A stretch of DNA of 61,496 nucleotides, from UHGV virus genome UHGV-1354897; one strand, given 5' to 3'. Position 1 is the first letter of the stretch. Every line of letters begins with the position of its first letter. Positions 37,244 to 47,390 of this stretch are shown one piece after another. The position numbers and the translations under genes are program-made. The notes beneath the pieces were generated by a model that ran no database searches, was not told where the DNA came from, and worked only from the letters and a program-made list of their open reading frames with translations. Origin of the DNA: a virus.

Positions 37244-37802
37244 CTTTTTTACTCCCCCAAAAGATTGAACGTTCAGCCATTTGCGCAACATATCTAAAGA
37301 ACCGATCACCCGGATGTAAACGTTGCTGACTTTCATCCGTATAGCGATCCGGTAAACCCTGCGACCAACGCTCAAAGACATTGGCAATAACATAACTCAA
37401 CGCATTCTGTTGCCCTGCTTGTAAAGCAGTGTCTGTGATAAACCCTTCAAATAATACGTTTGCACCAGTGACAACGCCTTGATCGTTCATAACCGCAAGA
37501 TAGCAAATAACATTGCGGCCAATAACTTCTTCGTTTAACGTTTCTCCTACAAGACTCATATCCAGACCGCTAAGTGCCATGGACATAGTGCTTGAGCTTG
37601 TGCTGTTTTCTTCTGTAACCGATCCAACATCCCCTAGAGTGCCTACACCAAGAAAAGTCTGACCATTGATAATAACAGTTCCTGTTCCAGTATGAACGCG
37701 GGTTATACCGGAAGGGAAGTCTATTTCCGCTGCCAACACTAGCGCAACGTTTGGTTGCTCCATTGCGCTAAGAAGGCTGTCGCTAAACGGACTGAATAAC
37801 AT
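37218..37802 (-). CDS. minor tail protein
   Basis: Position between tape measure and J-like gene; translationally coupled to neighbours. Confidence 0.55.
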   Translation of the reverse strand: MLFSPFSDSLLSAMEQPNVALVLAAEIDFPSGITRVHTGTGTVIINGQTFLGVGTLGDVGSVTEENSTSSSTMSMALSGLDMSLVGETLNEEVIGRNVICYLAVMNDQGVVTGANVLFEGFITDTALQAGQQNALSYVIANVFERWSQGLPDRYTDESQQRLHPGDRFFRYVAQMAERSIFWGSKKDAPGFTYE

Positions 37803-38386
37803 TAAAATGCCTCCGAGAATTTTAAAGTAAAGGAGTTATTAAAAGCAGGCTGACGTTTAACTCCATTTGTGTTTTCGGCTAAACGGAAAGATCCTTGTGG
37901 TTTCTGAGTTTCAATCTTTGCACCGTTTGGAGGGATGCTTCTTAACATCGGGGCAATATTTAAAATCACGTTACCAGAAGAATCACTCCAAGCATCTTCT
38001 GTTATTAATTTTAATTCATTGTTCACTGCGATGTAGTCCCCTTCCCATAATACCTTACGGTCAGGAGTCCAGCCCTTAGTTGACAAAGTTGTCCCAGTGT
38101 TATTTGCCCCATTAACCACAGGTGATCCCATTGGAGGTCGACCCCAGCGACCAAAATCCTGAAGCATAATCCGACCAGCTTTACCATCAAGTTTGGCTAA
38201 CGTTGATTCAAGCTTTCTAGACTGCCAATCATTTAAATTGCTGAATGTTAGCGTAGCTTCCCATCGCGATCCAGGATAGGACACAGTTTGGGAAGCCCCA
38301 TTGAAGGGGCTTGTAAATTCTACAGCGTTTGAGACTAGATACCATTCCATTTCCGATGGTCTAAGCTCTTCGGGCCAAGTGAGCAT
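37802..38386 (-). CDS. minor tail protein
   Basis: Immediately downstream of the tape measure gene, overlapping stop/start. Confidence 0.55.
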   Translation of the reverse strand: MLTWPEELRPSEMEWYLVSNAVEFTSPFNGASQTVSYPGSRWEATLTFSNLNDWQSRKLESTLAKLDGKAGRIMLQDFGRWGRPPMGSPVVNGANNTGTTLSTKGWTPDRKVLWEGDYIAVNNELKLITEDAWSDSSGNVILNIAPMLRSIPPNGAKIETQKPQGSFRLAENTNGVKRQPAFNNSFTLKFSEAF

Positions 38387-38389
38387 ATA

Positions 38390-41300
38390 TTACCCCATTG
38401 CAGTTCTACGAATTGTTCCTCGGGATGCAAAGTCAGTAAGAACTTTATTATATCCCTGCTCCGCACCATCACGAGCTGCTTGCTGCATGGCTTGCGTGAG
38501 CGCAGCATCGCCATTTCCTTGCACCGTGATATACTGAACAATGCTAACACCACCGGACATATTCACGCCACCTTGTTGTGAAGCTTGACTATCCAGGAAG
38601 CGGTTTAACTTGTCATTAGACGGGGCATTAAGTACACGTTCACCTTTATCCAATAACCATGTACCTTCGCGCGGAACATTATCAATACCGTCATGCGCCA
38701 TACCAGCGATTGCTAAGCCACCCACAGTAGCAGCAGACGCATAACCCATAGCTTTCACTATACCAGCCATAGCTGCGCCCATTGTAGCACCGCCTTGCTG
38801 TGTACCCCACGCAAGCGCCGCTGATGCCGCTGTCTCCGTGTTAGCAAGGATTGATGGAATTTGCATTGCTTTCTGTGCGGCAAACATTGCCTTATAAATA
38901 AAGTTCTGTTTACTAACACCTTCTTCCAGCCCTGACAGTATAATACCCAACGATTCCTGAGAAAAGGATATCATTCTGTTCATAAGAACTTTATCCAGGT
39001 TTTCCCTTTCCATACTTGCTTTCTTCAGGACTTGTGTTTTAGCATCTTCGTAAAGCTGATAGTAAGCTAGATCATCGGCTCGTTGTTTTGCATTAAGCTC
39101 TGCAATCTTTGTATTTTGCTCGTACGCGATTTTTTCATAGTCCGTCATACCTTCATCTAACAGACCCTGAGCAAACTTACGATTCTTCTTACGCTCGTCC
39201 AGTTTCTTTTGAGCTTCTTCTGCATCGTAAATTGCAGCAGCAAGACTAACAACTTCTGCTTTTTCCGCAGCAGTTGCAGACGCATTGAGCTTATTGAGGG
39301 CGACAGCTTGGGCTTTCGCTTTGGCGTTTTCCTTAACCCCTGTGGTTACTTCGTTAAGCTTGTTTCGTAAATCGTCAATAACCTTGGCGTTTTGTTGATC
39401 CGCCTTAATAGCGTCTTTTGTAGCTTTAGTCCTGTTTCTCTCTGCTTCTTCAAGATCGTAGTTTTTGCCAAGGGCTTGGGCTAAATCTTGAGCATACTTA
39501 ACAAGCTCTTTAGCGGATTCGCTTGTTGCCTCTGAGCTAACGTCCTGACCCATAGCTACTTTGCGAATAAGACTTCCGTATGTATCCGCATCCTTGCCCA
39601 GCGTCTGATACAGTCCCCTAAGGATTGCAGCTTGGCGAGCATTGCCAGCACCTTTAACCGTGTTAACATCAATCTCACGGTTAACGTCCCCGAGTTGGCC
39701 TTTAAAGCGATCCAATACTTTTTCGTCAATTAGCGGACCGGATTTAATGTTAAGGACAGCCTTCATATCCGCAGCAAGCTGACGCGCTAGAGGGATTATT
39801 TTCTCTATAGCGGGGCTTGTCATTTCAAGTACATTGTTATATCGACGTTGTGCGTCTTCCGCGCGTTCAGCGGCTAGCTTGACGTTATCCGTAGCAATCT
39901 GTAAGTTCTTTTCTGCACTAGCAGTATCTCGACCGGATGCAGCTCGACGCTTCAATTGTGCTTCATAGAACTTCTGCGTTTCCGTTGCAGATTTTAGAGC
40001 GGTCTGTTCCCGCTTCATTTGCTCTTCAAGTTCAGGAAGAATTGCTCTAGCTTTGACCGCGTTAGCTGCCAACTGAGCTTCTGTCATTTGCATCAGTTTT
40101 TCGCGTACACTGTCAACACTATCCGCAAACTGATTGTTTTCCGCACGACCTGCTTCCAGCGACGCTTTATAGGAGTAAATTGCACCCGCTGCCAGCATTG
40201 CTACACCAACAGGACCGCCAATTAACCCCATAGCACCGCGCAGCACGCTCATTGCTGTAGCTGCCCGGCTTGCTGCTGGTACAGTTGCATTAAGAGCAGC
40301 ATTGAGCGCTTGCCGCGCTTGTACGTCCGCCATAATTGCCGCAGAGTGAGCACGGGTAGCATTGATAAGCGCAAGACGAGCACCCGCTTCCGCTGCCGTA
40401 CCCTTAGCAACCGCTAACGCACCGCGTGCAACCTGCAAAGATGCAAGGGAAGCAGCACGGTCCGCAGCCGCTTTTTGTGCAGTAACGCCAATGGAGCTTT
40501 GCATCACCGCCGTAGTTGCCGCAGTTTGTGCAGCTTCCATCTGAGATGCTTTTGCAGCAGCTATAGACGCTTTAGTCTTAGCAAGCATTGCCGTAATGAT
40601 ACGGGCGGTGATTACTGTGGCTAAAGCTGAACCAACCGTTACAACCGTTCCTAAGTTTTCGGATAATGCAACAAACGTCTGTCCCAATGCAGCAACAGCA
40701 CCTTGAGTCTTTTGGGATTCGCCCATAAACTTAGTCAGGTTGTTTGTTGCAACTGTCCATTGCTGGTTGAACGTTGGCATAGTGCGGCTGAATTCTTTAT
40801 CAATTGTATCCGCGGCACCAGACAACGATTTGATAACCACATCTGCGGTTAACTTACCGCTGTAGGCCAGTTCACGCAATTGTCCAATGGTAACGCCTAA
40901 CGAATCGGACATGATTTGAGTTAAGCGCGGAGCTTGTTCTGCAACAGAGCGGAATTCATCCCCACGCAGAACACCGGATGCCATTGCTTGCGAAAACTGA
41001 ATAAGGGCAGCACTTGCTTCATGGGATGTTGCACCGGAAACAATCATTGCTTTGTTAATTGTTTCGGTAATGCGTCCAAGCTCCATCCCTGTCATACCAG
41101 TATTCTTCATCGCACGCTGGAGACGGGAGTACAGAGTTGCAGTCGCTTCTAAGCTTGTACGAGAACGCTGGGCAATATCAAACACGCGTTGCTGCGCATC
41201 TGCAACGGTTTCATTACCCGTACGAGCCAGTTCAAGTTTGTTGGTGAGGATAGTCCAGGAGTCCGATAGCGAAATAACACGGCTAATAGTGTCAACGCTA

Positions 41301-41506
41301 ATCATTCCTACAATTGCAGCATCCAAACGACTTGTGACAGTTGCAAGTTCGTTAGATGTGTTAGACAATGTTTTATAGCTGGAGGTAACACGTTGAGCAG
41401 ACCGCTCCGCTGTGTCACCTGTACGCGCTAAGTTCCGCAACATAGAGTCCGCGGTAGTAATCCCTCTCGCGTCAACTCTGATTACTAGCGAAGCGGTTTC
41501 GGCCAT
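38390..41506 (-). CDS. tail tape measure protein
   Basis: 1038-aa largely alpha-helical Ala/Gln-rich protein with central hydrophobic Gly/Ala-rich segment; preceded by the chaperone frameshift pair. Confidence 0.85.
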   Translation of the reverse strand: MAETASLVIRVDARGITTADSMLRNLARTGDTAERSAQRVTSSYKTLSNTSNELATVTSRLDAAIVGMISVDTISRVISLSDSWTILTNKLELARTGNETVADAQQRVFDIAQRSRTSLEATATLYSRLQRAMKNTGMTGMELGRITETINKAMIVSGATSHEASAALIQFSQAMASGVLRGDEFRSVAEQAPRLTQIMSDSLGVTIGQLRELAYSGKLTADVVIKSLSGAADTIDKEFSRTMPTFNQQWTVATNNLTKFMGESQKTQGAVAALGQTFVALSENLGTVVTVGSALATVITARIITAMLAKTKASIAAAKASQMEAAQTAATTAVMQSSIGVTAQKAAADRAASLASLQVARGALAVAKGTAAEAGARLALINATRAHSAAIMADVQARQALNAALNATVPAASRAATAMSVLRGAMGLIGGPVGVAMLAAGAIYSYKASLEAGRAENNQFADSVDSVREKLMQMTEAQLAANAVKARAILPELEEQMKREQTALKSATETQKFYEAQLKRRAASGRDTASAEKNLQIATDNVKLAAERAEDAQRRYNNVLEMTSPAIEKIIPLARQLAADMKAVLNIKSGPLIDEKVLDRFKGQLGDVNREIDVNTVKGAGNARQAAILRGLYQTLGKDADTYGSLIRKVAMGQDVSSEATSESAKELVKYAQDLAQALGKNYDLEEAERNRTKATKDAIKADQQNAKVIDDLRNKLNEVTTGVKENAKAKAQAVALNKLNASATAAEKAEVVSLAAAIYDAEEAQKKLDERKKNRKFAQGLLDEGMTDYEKIAYEQNTKIAELNAKQRADDLAYYQLYEDAKTQVLKKASMERENLDKVLMNRMISFSQESLGIILSGLEEGVSKQNFIYKAMFAAQKAMQIPSILANTETAASAALAWGTQQGGATMGAAMAGIVKAMGYASAATVGGLAIAGMAHDGIDNVPREGTWLLDKGERVLNAPSNDKLNRFLDSQASQQGGVNMSGGVSIVQYITVQGNGDAALTQAMQQAARDGAEQGYNKVLTDFASRGTIRRTAMG

Positions 41507-41913
41507 TATCTTCTCCTTTTTCTTCTACCTTTATTTTGATTTTGCATTTGACTTTCCATGAGTTTAGCATTTTGTTCAGCTTCTGACACGCGCTTTTCAA
41601 GCCATAGCTGCCGCAGTATTTCGCATTCGTATGGTTGAAGATGTAAGCCCATTGTCACTTGATAGCTGTGCAATTCTGTATAACTAAAATCTCCTCCAGT
41701 GTAGATATCATCAAATAAAGTAGATAGATATTCGAAGCAAAGCGGTATTTCCTTTTCCCGATATTCTTTAAGCTTAGGTGGCGTCTTACCAGACTGTTCC
41801 TCAACCTTTTGCAGTTGCGATAATAAAGAAGATCCCCCGCCGGGGACTTTACTATTTAGTTCCCATTGGAGGATCTTCTTATCAATTAACTGTCTGCGCG
41901 CTTTTAGAAAAAA
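41506..41913 (-). CDS. T-domain extension of the tail assembly chaperone, reached by -1 programmed frameshift (G-T fusion)
   Basis: Slippery heptamer T-TTT-TTC at 41907..41913 just before the stop of the upstream gene; the -1 frame stays open for about 134 codons and ends at a TAA overlapping the tape measure ATG. Confidence 0.7.
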   Translation of the reverse strand, partial: FFLKARRQLIDKKILQWELNSKVPGGGSSLLSQLQKVEEQSGKTPPKLKEYREKEIPLCFEYLSTLFDDIYTGGDFSYTELHSYQVTMGLHLQPYECEILRQLWLEKRVSEAEQNAKLMESQMQNQNKGRRKRRR

Positions 41914-42311
41914 TTACTATCTTTAGCGGCAAATACGTTAAGGTCTTCTCGAACAGTTGGGTTCTCCGTTAAGAACTCAAACACGTTGTCAACAGTCGGT
42001 GGCTCGTCAAAAGTCCAACCTGCTACAAGGTTACACAGTGAACGGGTAAGGATGTCTTCCTTCATAGCATCTGTTACTTCCCCGTCTTTACCCTGCATAA
42101 GTGCCAACAGTTGACGTTGTGCTTTCAATTCTGCGTCACGATACTCTGTGCAGTAGCGACTACGAATGTAGAGTTTTTCGCCAGTGTCGCCTACACCAGG
42201 AATAACCACATTCATAGGCTTAGTGTTTGCCGGATCGTTAGCCCGGCTCACAGTTTTAAAATCACGGAAGCTTTTAGCTACTGCAACTTTGCCTTTTTTG
42301 GTGTCGGTCAT
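41904..42311 (-). CDS. tail assembly chaperone (gpG-like)
   Basis: 135-aa ORF between major tail protein and tape measure, ending at the slippery site. Confidence 0.7.
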   Translation of the reverse strand: MTDTKKGKVAVAKSFRDFKTVSRANDPANTKPMNVVIPGVGDTGEKLYIRSRYCTEYRDAELKAQRQLLALMQGKDGEVTDAMKEDILTRSLCNLVAGWTFDEPPTVDNVFEFLTENPTVREDLNVFAAKDSNFF

Positions 42312-42320
42312 TTCTTATCC

Positions 42321-43244
42321 TTATTCTGCCGCTAAAACGCGGGTAATTTTGATGGAACTTGCGGTTGTTGGGTCCAGCAATCCGCGGTAGCCCATATTAA
42401 GCATGATATCACCTTCACCGTCAATAGGACGCGGAGCCTCAGTGAATTTCACGCGAGGGATTTCCACTGTGTATTTCTGTTCCGGATTGGTCGGGTCAAT
42501 CAGGTCAAACTTGATTGATGTCTCCACTTCATCCAGATACTTCATACGCAGTTTATTATCCAGGAAGTAAACGTTAGCTGTACCAGTTACAGCACGGCGA
42601 CCAGCAGACGGTTCAATGGAGAACTTCGAGCCAACAACGAAGCGTGGGGCGATATCGTTTTCAACGGTAAGACCGATTTCCGTAATAACGCTGATCTCTT
42701 CGTTGTTTTCCAGCAAGCGACCGGAGAAACCATCCATCGGTGAAGTAGTTGTACGCTCTTTGATAGTTGCACCAGCAGGAAGCGATTCCGCAATTTCCAT
42801 CGAGCGACCAACAATGCCGAACTCTACTGTGGTCATGTTTTCAGCAGACAATGCGAAAGTCATGCTATTAACTTCACAACCGCGATAGATTGTATATTTA
42901 CCTGACGGCAGATCTGCGTTATAGTCTACGAAAGTAAATGACTGACGGACAATACCACCTTTAAGGACGTTGTCTTGCCATTCACCGCGCAGTGCTGCCG
43001 CAATGAGGTCGTCAAATGTACCGAAGGACATTTCGCCTGTTACCGTACCTTCAACGCTTCGAGCGCCAAGACGGAAATCTGCGGTTTCTGCGTCATCGCG
43101 CAACTCTTCAGACTCCAGCGTCGCGATGTTAATATCCAGACCGGAACTCGTCACACGAAACGGGGTAAACTTTGCGTTCGCTGGAGTTGTGTTGCTCACA
43201 TCTTCTTTGACGTAATAACACGAATAACGTGAACCTGTAGCCAT
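42321..43244 (-). CDS. major tail (tube) protein
   Basis: 307-aa ORF immediately upstream of the chaperone pair; beta-rich composition. Confidence 0.65.
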   Translation of the reverse strand: MATGSRYSCYYVKEDVSNTTPANAKFTPFRVTSSGLDINIATLESEELRDDAETADFRLGARSVEGTVTGEMSFGTFDDLIAAALRGEWQDNVLKGGIVRQSFTFVDYNADLPSGKYTIYRGCEVNSMTFALSAENMTTVEFGIVGRSMEIAESLPAGATIKERTTTSPMDGFSGRLLENNEEISVITEIGLTVENDIAPRFVVGSKFSIEPSAGRRAVTGTANVYFLDNKLRMKYLDEVETSIKFDLIDPTNPEQKYTVEIPRVKFTEAPRPIDGEGDIMLNMGYRGLLDPTTASSIKITRVLAAE

Positions 43245-43258
43245 ATTTAGATCCTCTC

Positions 43259-43708
43259 TTACCTCGGCTCACGAGCCGACCAATAGATTGTGATAAAGTT
43301 AACGTCCCAGTTATCTTCAACCCCGCCTTTGGTAAAATCGTTCAGCGAAGTTTGCCCACCTTGCGAAAAGTCTAAACTGACAATCCGTAACGTGTGGTCA
43401 TCCGGGCACGGGATACGCAAGCCCAGTTTAAACTTTTTCCGAATGGAATCCAAGATTTGATTCTGTTTAGATGTTCCGGTGTTTAACGGACTGTACACTG
43501 TGACTTGATAGAATCCTGGAATTTCATTCAGACCGTTGTCACCTAACGTTGCCGCGTATGTGGATGCAGGTGCATTGATTGCCTTTAACCACATCTGATT
43601 CGCTTTAGGTGTAAACTTCTTGTTCTTCCACGCTATACCTATATCCGGTCCAACGGCTTCGCGTAGCATCTTATTAAATGCGTCATTGATAAAATCGTAT
43701 CCCAGCAT
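43259..43708 (-). CDS. tail completion/terminator-like protein
   Basis: Position between head-tail joining genes and major tail protein. Confidence 0.45.
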   Translation of the reverse strand: MLGYDFINDAFNKMLREAVGPDIGIAWKNKKFTPKANQMWLKAINAPASTYAATLGDNGLNEIPGFYQVTVYSPLNTGTSKQNQILDSIRKKFKLGLRIPCPDDHTLRIVSLDFSQGGQTSLNDFTKGGVEDNWDVNFITIYWSAREPR

Positions 43709-44115
43709 TATAGTTTTCCTTCTACAATAGCTTGGCGTATCAACATTGGAAGCTTCGCTACGTTAATACGCACCATGCCATTTGGCGCTTGCTGCGACCA
43801 ACCAAGATATTCAAGTTTCGGAGCATACGGGGTTAAGTTGCTAAAGTAGAAAGTCCAGTCTTTATCATCTGGCAACTGTCTTACGATAACCCTAGCTTCC
43901 GCTTTAGCTAATTCCCCAGTAGGATCAAGGCGGATAGTTTCCGTCGCATATGGTGCACCAATGGATGAACGCCAACCGCCTTTTGTGCGTCCTGTCTTAA
44001 CAGGGGTATCCTGAATCACGTTCTCCGTAAACTTGACAACAACCTTTTTGGCTTGCTCCCCAGTCTGGACAAGCACCTTTTGACTTGCACGCCGTATATC
44101 CGCCCCGAATCCCAT
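43708..44115 (-). CDS. head-tail joining / tail completion protein
   Basis: Gene order; translationally coupled. Confidence 0.45.
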   Translation of the reverse strand: MGFGADIRRASQKVLVQTGEQAKKVVVKFTENVIQDTPVKTGRTKGGWRSSIGAPYATETIRLDPTGELAKAEARVIVRQLPDDKDWTFYFSNLTPYAPKLEYLGWSQQAPNGMVRINVAKLPMLIRQAIVEGKL

Positions 44116-44495
44116 TATCGCGTCACCTTGAAAGTATAAAGAACAGAAACATTAGCAGGTCTTGTATCAACGAACTCGTTGATTGTCCATACTTCCAACT
44201 CACCGTCGGGAGACATGCGCTCAATGCGTGCAGTCATTGCTTTATCACGTGTCAGCGGCGGAGTCATTGGATAGGTTAAGACTTTCAATTCGCCAGTAGC
44301 AACAAGGCTCCCACCGATCATTTTTTCCTTCGGAGAAAGAAAAGCTCCAATAAATGGGTAGCGTTTTTCAACACTAGGATTGTCCCACTCATCTTGACCT
44401 TCTCCTTCTTCCATGACCACAAGGGTACAGTTCACGCCAGCGTCGTTGATCATTTGCTTTGAAGCTTCAACTAACTGCTCATAAGGAAAGCTCAT
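44115..44495 (-). CDS. head-tail adaptor-like protein
   Basis: Gene order; translationally coupled. Confidence 0.45.
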   Translation of the reverse strand: MSFPYEQLVEASKQMINDAGVNCTLVVMEEGEGQDEWDNPSVEKRYPFIGAFLSPKEKMIGGSLVATGELKVLTYPMTPPLTRDKAMTARIERMSPDGELEVWTINEFVDTRPANVSVLYTFKVTR

Positions 44496-44498
44496 AAA

Positions 44499-45005
44499 TC
44501 ACCGTATTAATCTGTTACCCATTTGATAACCCAGCAAAGGTGATAAAAACGTCATTGCTTTATCGTAAGTCTTTGCTGGTCCGGATTGCGCGGTACTACC
44601 AGTTGCATATTCAATCTCAAGCCCTTCCACTTTAGTTCTTTTGACTGCATATGCTGTAGTTTTACCGTTAAGAGGACCGCCAGATGCAGAGTCCGCTGTA
44701 AGCTGGCAAACCGCGTTTATAAGCGCCTTTGGTAAAGGGCTTTGGGGTAGCTCGAACCCATCCACAAACACCCCGTAGCGTGGCCAATTTAGCGGTTGCT
44801 GTGGGTCCATTTTATAACCCTTAAACCGTTGGCCGTATCCTTCCACAAAATCCATAGCGTCGAAGATCTTTGTCTTTAGATCTTCATCTTCACTTGGAAG
44901 TACAATACCTCGCATTGCGGCATACATGCGGACTTGTTCAATGGTCACATAACTGTTGGCGTCCGATACACCAGTACCATCTTCAACTATCAGTGGAATC
45001 TCCAT
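44499..45005 (-). CDS. head-tail connector / head completion protein
   Basis: Gene order. Confidence 0.45.
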   Translation of the reverse strand: MEIPLIVEDGTGVSDANSYVTIEQVRMYAAMRGIVLPSEDEDLKTKIFDAMDFVEGYGQRFKGYKMDPQQPLNWPRYGVFVDGFELPQSPLPKALINAVCQLTADSASGGPLNGKTTAYAVKRTKVEGLEIEYATGSTAQSGPAKTYDKAMTFLSPLLGYQMGNRLIR

Positions 45006-45143
45006 CTTTCTTCCTCATTGCGATGGTTGTAGGGATAAGTGGCGGGAGCTCTTCTTCAGGAACAGAAACGGCGTCTTCTTGACGCCGTTTTCTATTACGT
45101 CGGAGGAGCCACAACACATATTGTCTATGGCTCATTTCCATGA

Positions 45144-45797
45144 TTAACCTCGACGCATCATATTACGTGCAACCATACGGGCGACCGGATCGTCAATAGG
45201 GTTCTGGAAGCGATGGTCAGAAAGCATGTCTTCCGGTTTACGTTTTTTCTGCGCTTCAAGATACATCTGAGTTGCAGTAAGACCGGACTTAGGACGACGA
45301 CTTTCTTGCTCAACGATAATCTTATCCAGATCCGCTTGAACGTCTGCAATAGCAAGCTCCAGCGCGTGCTTAGTGTGGGCAATCTCTTTAACCACATCGC
45401 TAAGCTTTTCGCTCTTCGCTTTCAGTTCTTCATCGGTTAAGCTGGAAGCGTCACCGATTTTTTCCGGCTCCAGAAGAGCACGCAGTGCTTCGCTAATCTT
45501 AACTTCAATTTGCATCGTTGCAACCGCGACTTTCTTTTGTTCTTCATGAGCTTTCTCCTGTTTAACAGCTTCATGTAAAACTGGATCAGCAGATTTAACA
45601 GGTTCCACTGGCTCTGGCTCTTCCAGCACGCGGTTATCGCGGGTAAACAGTGGAGCAGCAGTTGTAATATCGTCGCGGGTTAAAGATGGGTTAGCGGTAG
45701 CGAAACGCAAAGCATCCACTTTAGGTAGACCGTCGCTAGTCCAATGATTCGGGTTATCCGGATCAAGTTCTAACAATGCTTCAATTAATGTCTTCAT
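45144..45797 (-). CDS. hypothetical acidic coiled-coil protein
   Basis: 217-aa ORF between the Ig-like gene and head-tail genes. Confidence 0.55.
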   Translation of the reverse strand: MKTLIEALLELDPDNPNHWTSDGLPKVDALRFATANPSLTRDDITTAAPLFTRDNRVLEEPEPVEPVKSADPVLHEAVKQEKAHEEQKKVAVATMQIEVKISEALRALLEPEKIGDASSLTDEELKAKSEKLSDVVKEIAHTKHALELAIADVQADLDKIIVEQESRRPKSGLTATQMYLEAQKKRKPEDMLSDHRFQNPIDDPVARMVARNMMRRG

Positions 45798-45813
45798 TGT
45801 TTAATCCTTATTT

Positions 45814-46137
45814 TTAGGTCACATTAATAACACATGTACCAGTAACACTATCCTTTGCCTTGGACGTTACTGTCAAGTTTGAAGTACCACTGCTTGCGGT
45901 TGTGGTCACGGTAATTGTACCGTCCCCGTTGTCTTTAATTGTAGCAGAGGAACCGTCAACTGACGCACTATACGCTTTGTTTGTAGTTCCGCCTGGGACA
46001 AAGTTTATTTTAACAGTAACCGTTTTTACTTCTGAAGTTGTGGTGTCAATCTTAGCAGGATCGAGAGTAATCGAAATTGGCTCCACCTGCAACGATTTTT
46101 CCATCAAGTCATGTCGTTCATAACGTTGATAACGCAT
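45814..46137 (-). CDS. Ig-like domain protein (putative capsid decoration)
   Basis: Thr/Ser/Val-rich beta-strand pattern typical of bacterial Ig-like domains; directly downstream of the capsid gene. Confidence 0.5.
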   Translation of the reverse strand: MRYQRYERHDLMEKSLQVEPISITLDPAKIDTTTSEVKTVTVKINFVPGGTTNKAYSASVDGSSATIKDNGDGTITVTTTASSGTSNLTVTSKAKDSVTGTCVINVT

Positions 46138-46206
46138 GGTTGTTCTCCTAAAAAAGAGGGGACATAAATGTCCCCAAAATACTACAGCGCGGCGTTGAGT
46201 GAAGCC

Positions 46207-47268
46207 TTAGGAACCCTGATACTCACGAGTGATCAGGCGAGCAACTTTAAGCTGCTTGCGCTCAGGGAACGCACGACGCCAGGAATCTGCATGGGCCAGG
46301 TTGTTAGTAGTTGCAGCGTTAGACGGACCACCTTTAGCAGTTTGAGCAGCAGCCCAAGCATGGCCAACAGGATGCAGAATCCATTCAACACGGTTGTGAA
46401 GAACTTCTTCACCAGCGCCTTGGTTAGCAGCTTCGTCACGAACAACCGCAGTCGGCACTTTCGGTGAACCAGCACCCATTGCAGTCGCGCCCGGGCCAAA
46501 CAGCCAGCTTTCAAAGATACCAGTACGCGGATCGTGCGGCATGGAGTCGTCTTCAATAATACGCAGACCCTGATAATACTCAAACTGAGTTTCACCGCGA
46601 GCATCTGGAATGAAGTCGATCAGGTTCAACTGACGCATACGGTTACGAACGGTAGAGTGTACCATAATCATGGTCAGACCGCGAGCAGCATCACCCATCG
46701 TTGCCGTTGCGTTGATGAAGTTAGACGCGGTAAAGTTGGTCTGGTTATTCGTAAAGGACTCGCCAGAAATATCGAAAGTCAAATCGTCGTTATGGGATTT
46801 CTTCGCATTGGCAAATACACCTTTCCAGGTTGCAATGTATGCAGCTTGCAGACGGCGAACCCACCACGCAGACACGCGATTACCGATAGCGGTCATTGGG
46901 TCGTTACCAATCAAAGCAGATACCAGATCCGCAGAACCCCAGGATTTTGAACGACTCATACGAACCTGAACTTCAGATCCGGTAGTGATGTTAGAAGGTT
47001 TGGACGGATCGCCTTTATCAACAGCGATATCTTCGTCTTCATCTTTCAGGTCGTTATAGAACGGCTCGTTAAAAGTCAGACCTGCACCAGCAAGGTTAGC
47101 AGATAAACGCTCGTCCATTACAACCGCACCGGATTGGATCAGAGCAGAAAGTTCGGCGGTCTGCGTCTGCACATAACCAGTGAAGATCTCAGGGACAATG
47201 ACATCCTTCAAACGAGTCAGGTCAGTTTCGCCACGACCAAAGGGTAGAATAATTTTAGATTTAGACAT
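46207..47268 (-). CDS. major capsid protein
   Basis: 353-aa ORF directly downstream of the scaffold gene, with structured leader hairpins. Confidence 0.7.
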   Translation of the reverse strand: MSKSKIILPFGRGETDLTRLKDVIVPEIFTGYVQTQTAELSALIQSGAVVMDERLSANLAGAGLTFNEPFYNDLKDEDEDIAVDKGDPSKPSNITTGSEVQVRMSRSKSWGSADLVSALIGNDPMTAIGNRVSAWWVRRLQAAYIATWKGVFANAKKSHNDDLTFDISGESFTNNQTNFTASNFINATATMGDAARGLTMIMVHSTVRNRMRQLNLIDFIPDARGETQFEYYQGLRIIEDDSMPHDPRTGIFESWLFGPGATAMGAGSPKVPTAVVRDEAANQGAGEEVLHNRVEWILHPVGHAWAAAQTAKGGPSNAATTNNLAHADSWRRAFPERKQLKVARLITREYQGS

Positions 47269-47343
47269 ACTTGTCTCCAGGAAAAGGATTGATTTGTTTA
47301 CTGTTGGTAGCCTTTCCCCGTGGAAGGCTGTTTAGGAACCCGT

Positions 47344-47376
47344 GTCCCTGATGTGTTGAAACTTAACATCAGGGAC
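47344..47376 (-). promoter_or_regulatory. stable hairpin in the scaffold-capsid intergenic region
   Basis: Perfect 10-bp stem GTCCCTGATG...CATCAGGGAC with 13-nt loop; a second imperfect hairpin lies at about 47308..47330. Confidence 0.5.
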
Positions 47377-47390
47377 GTCGGGATGTCAAC

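Noticed and set aside
45006-45143. About 52-codon Arg-rich reverse ORF (MEMSHRQYVLWLLRRNRKRRQ...) in the gap between head-tail genes
   Set aside because: Overlaps a hairpin-containing intergenic region and the next gene start in another frame; composition suggests a chance ORF.
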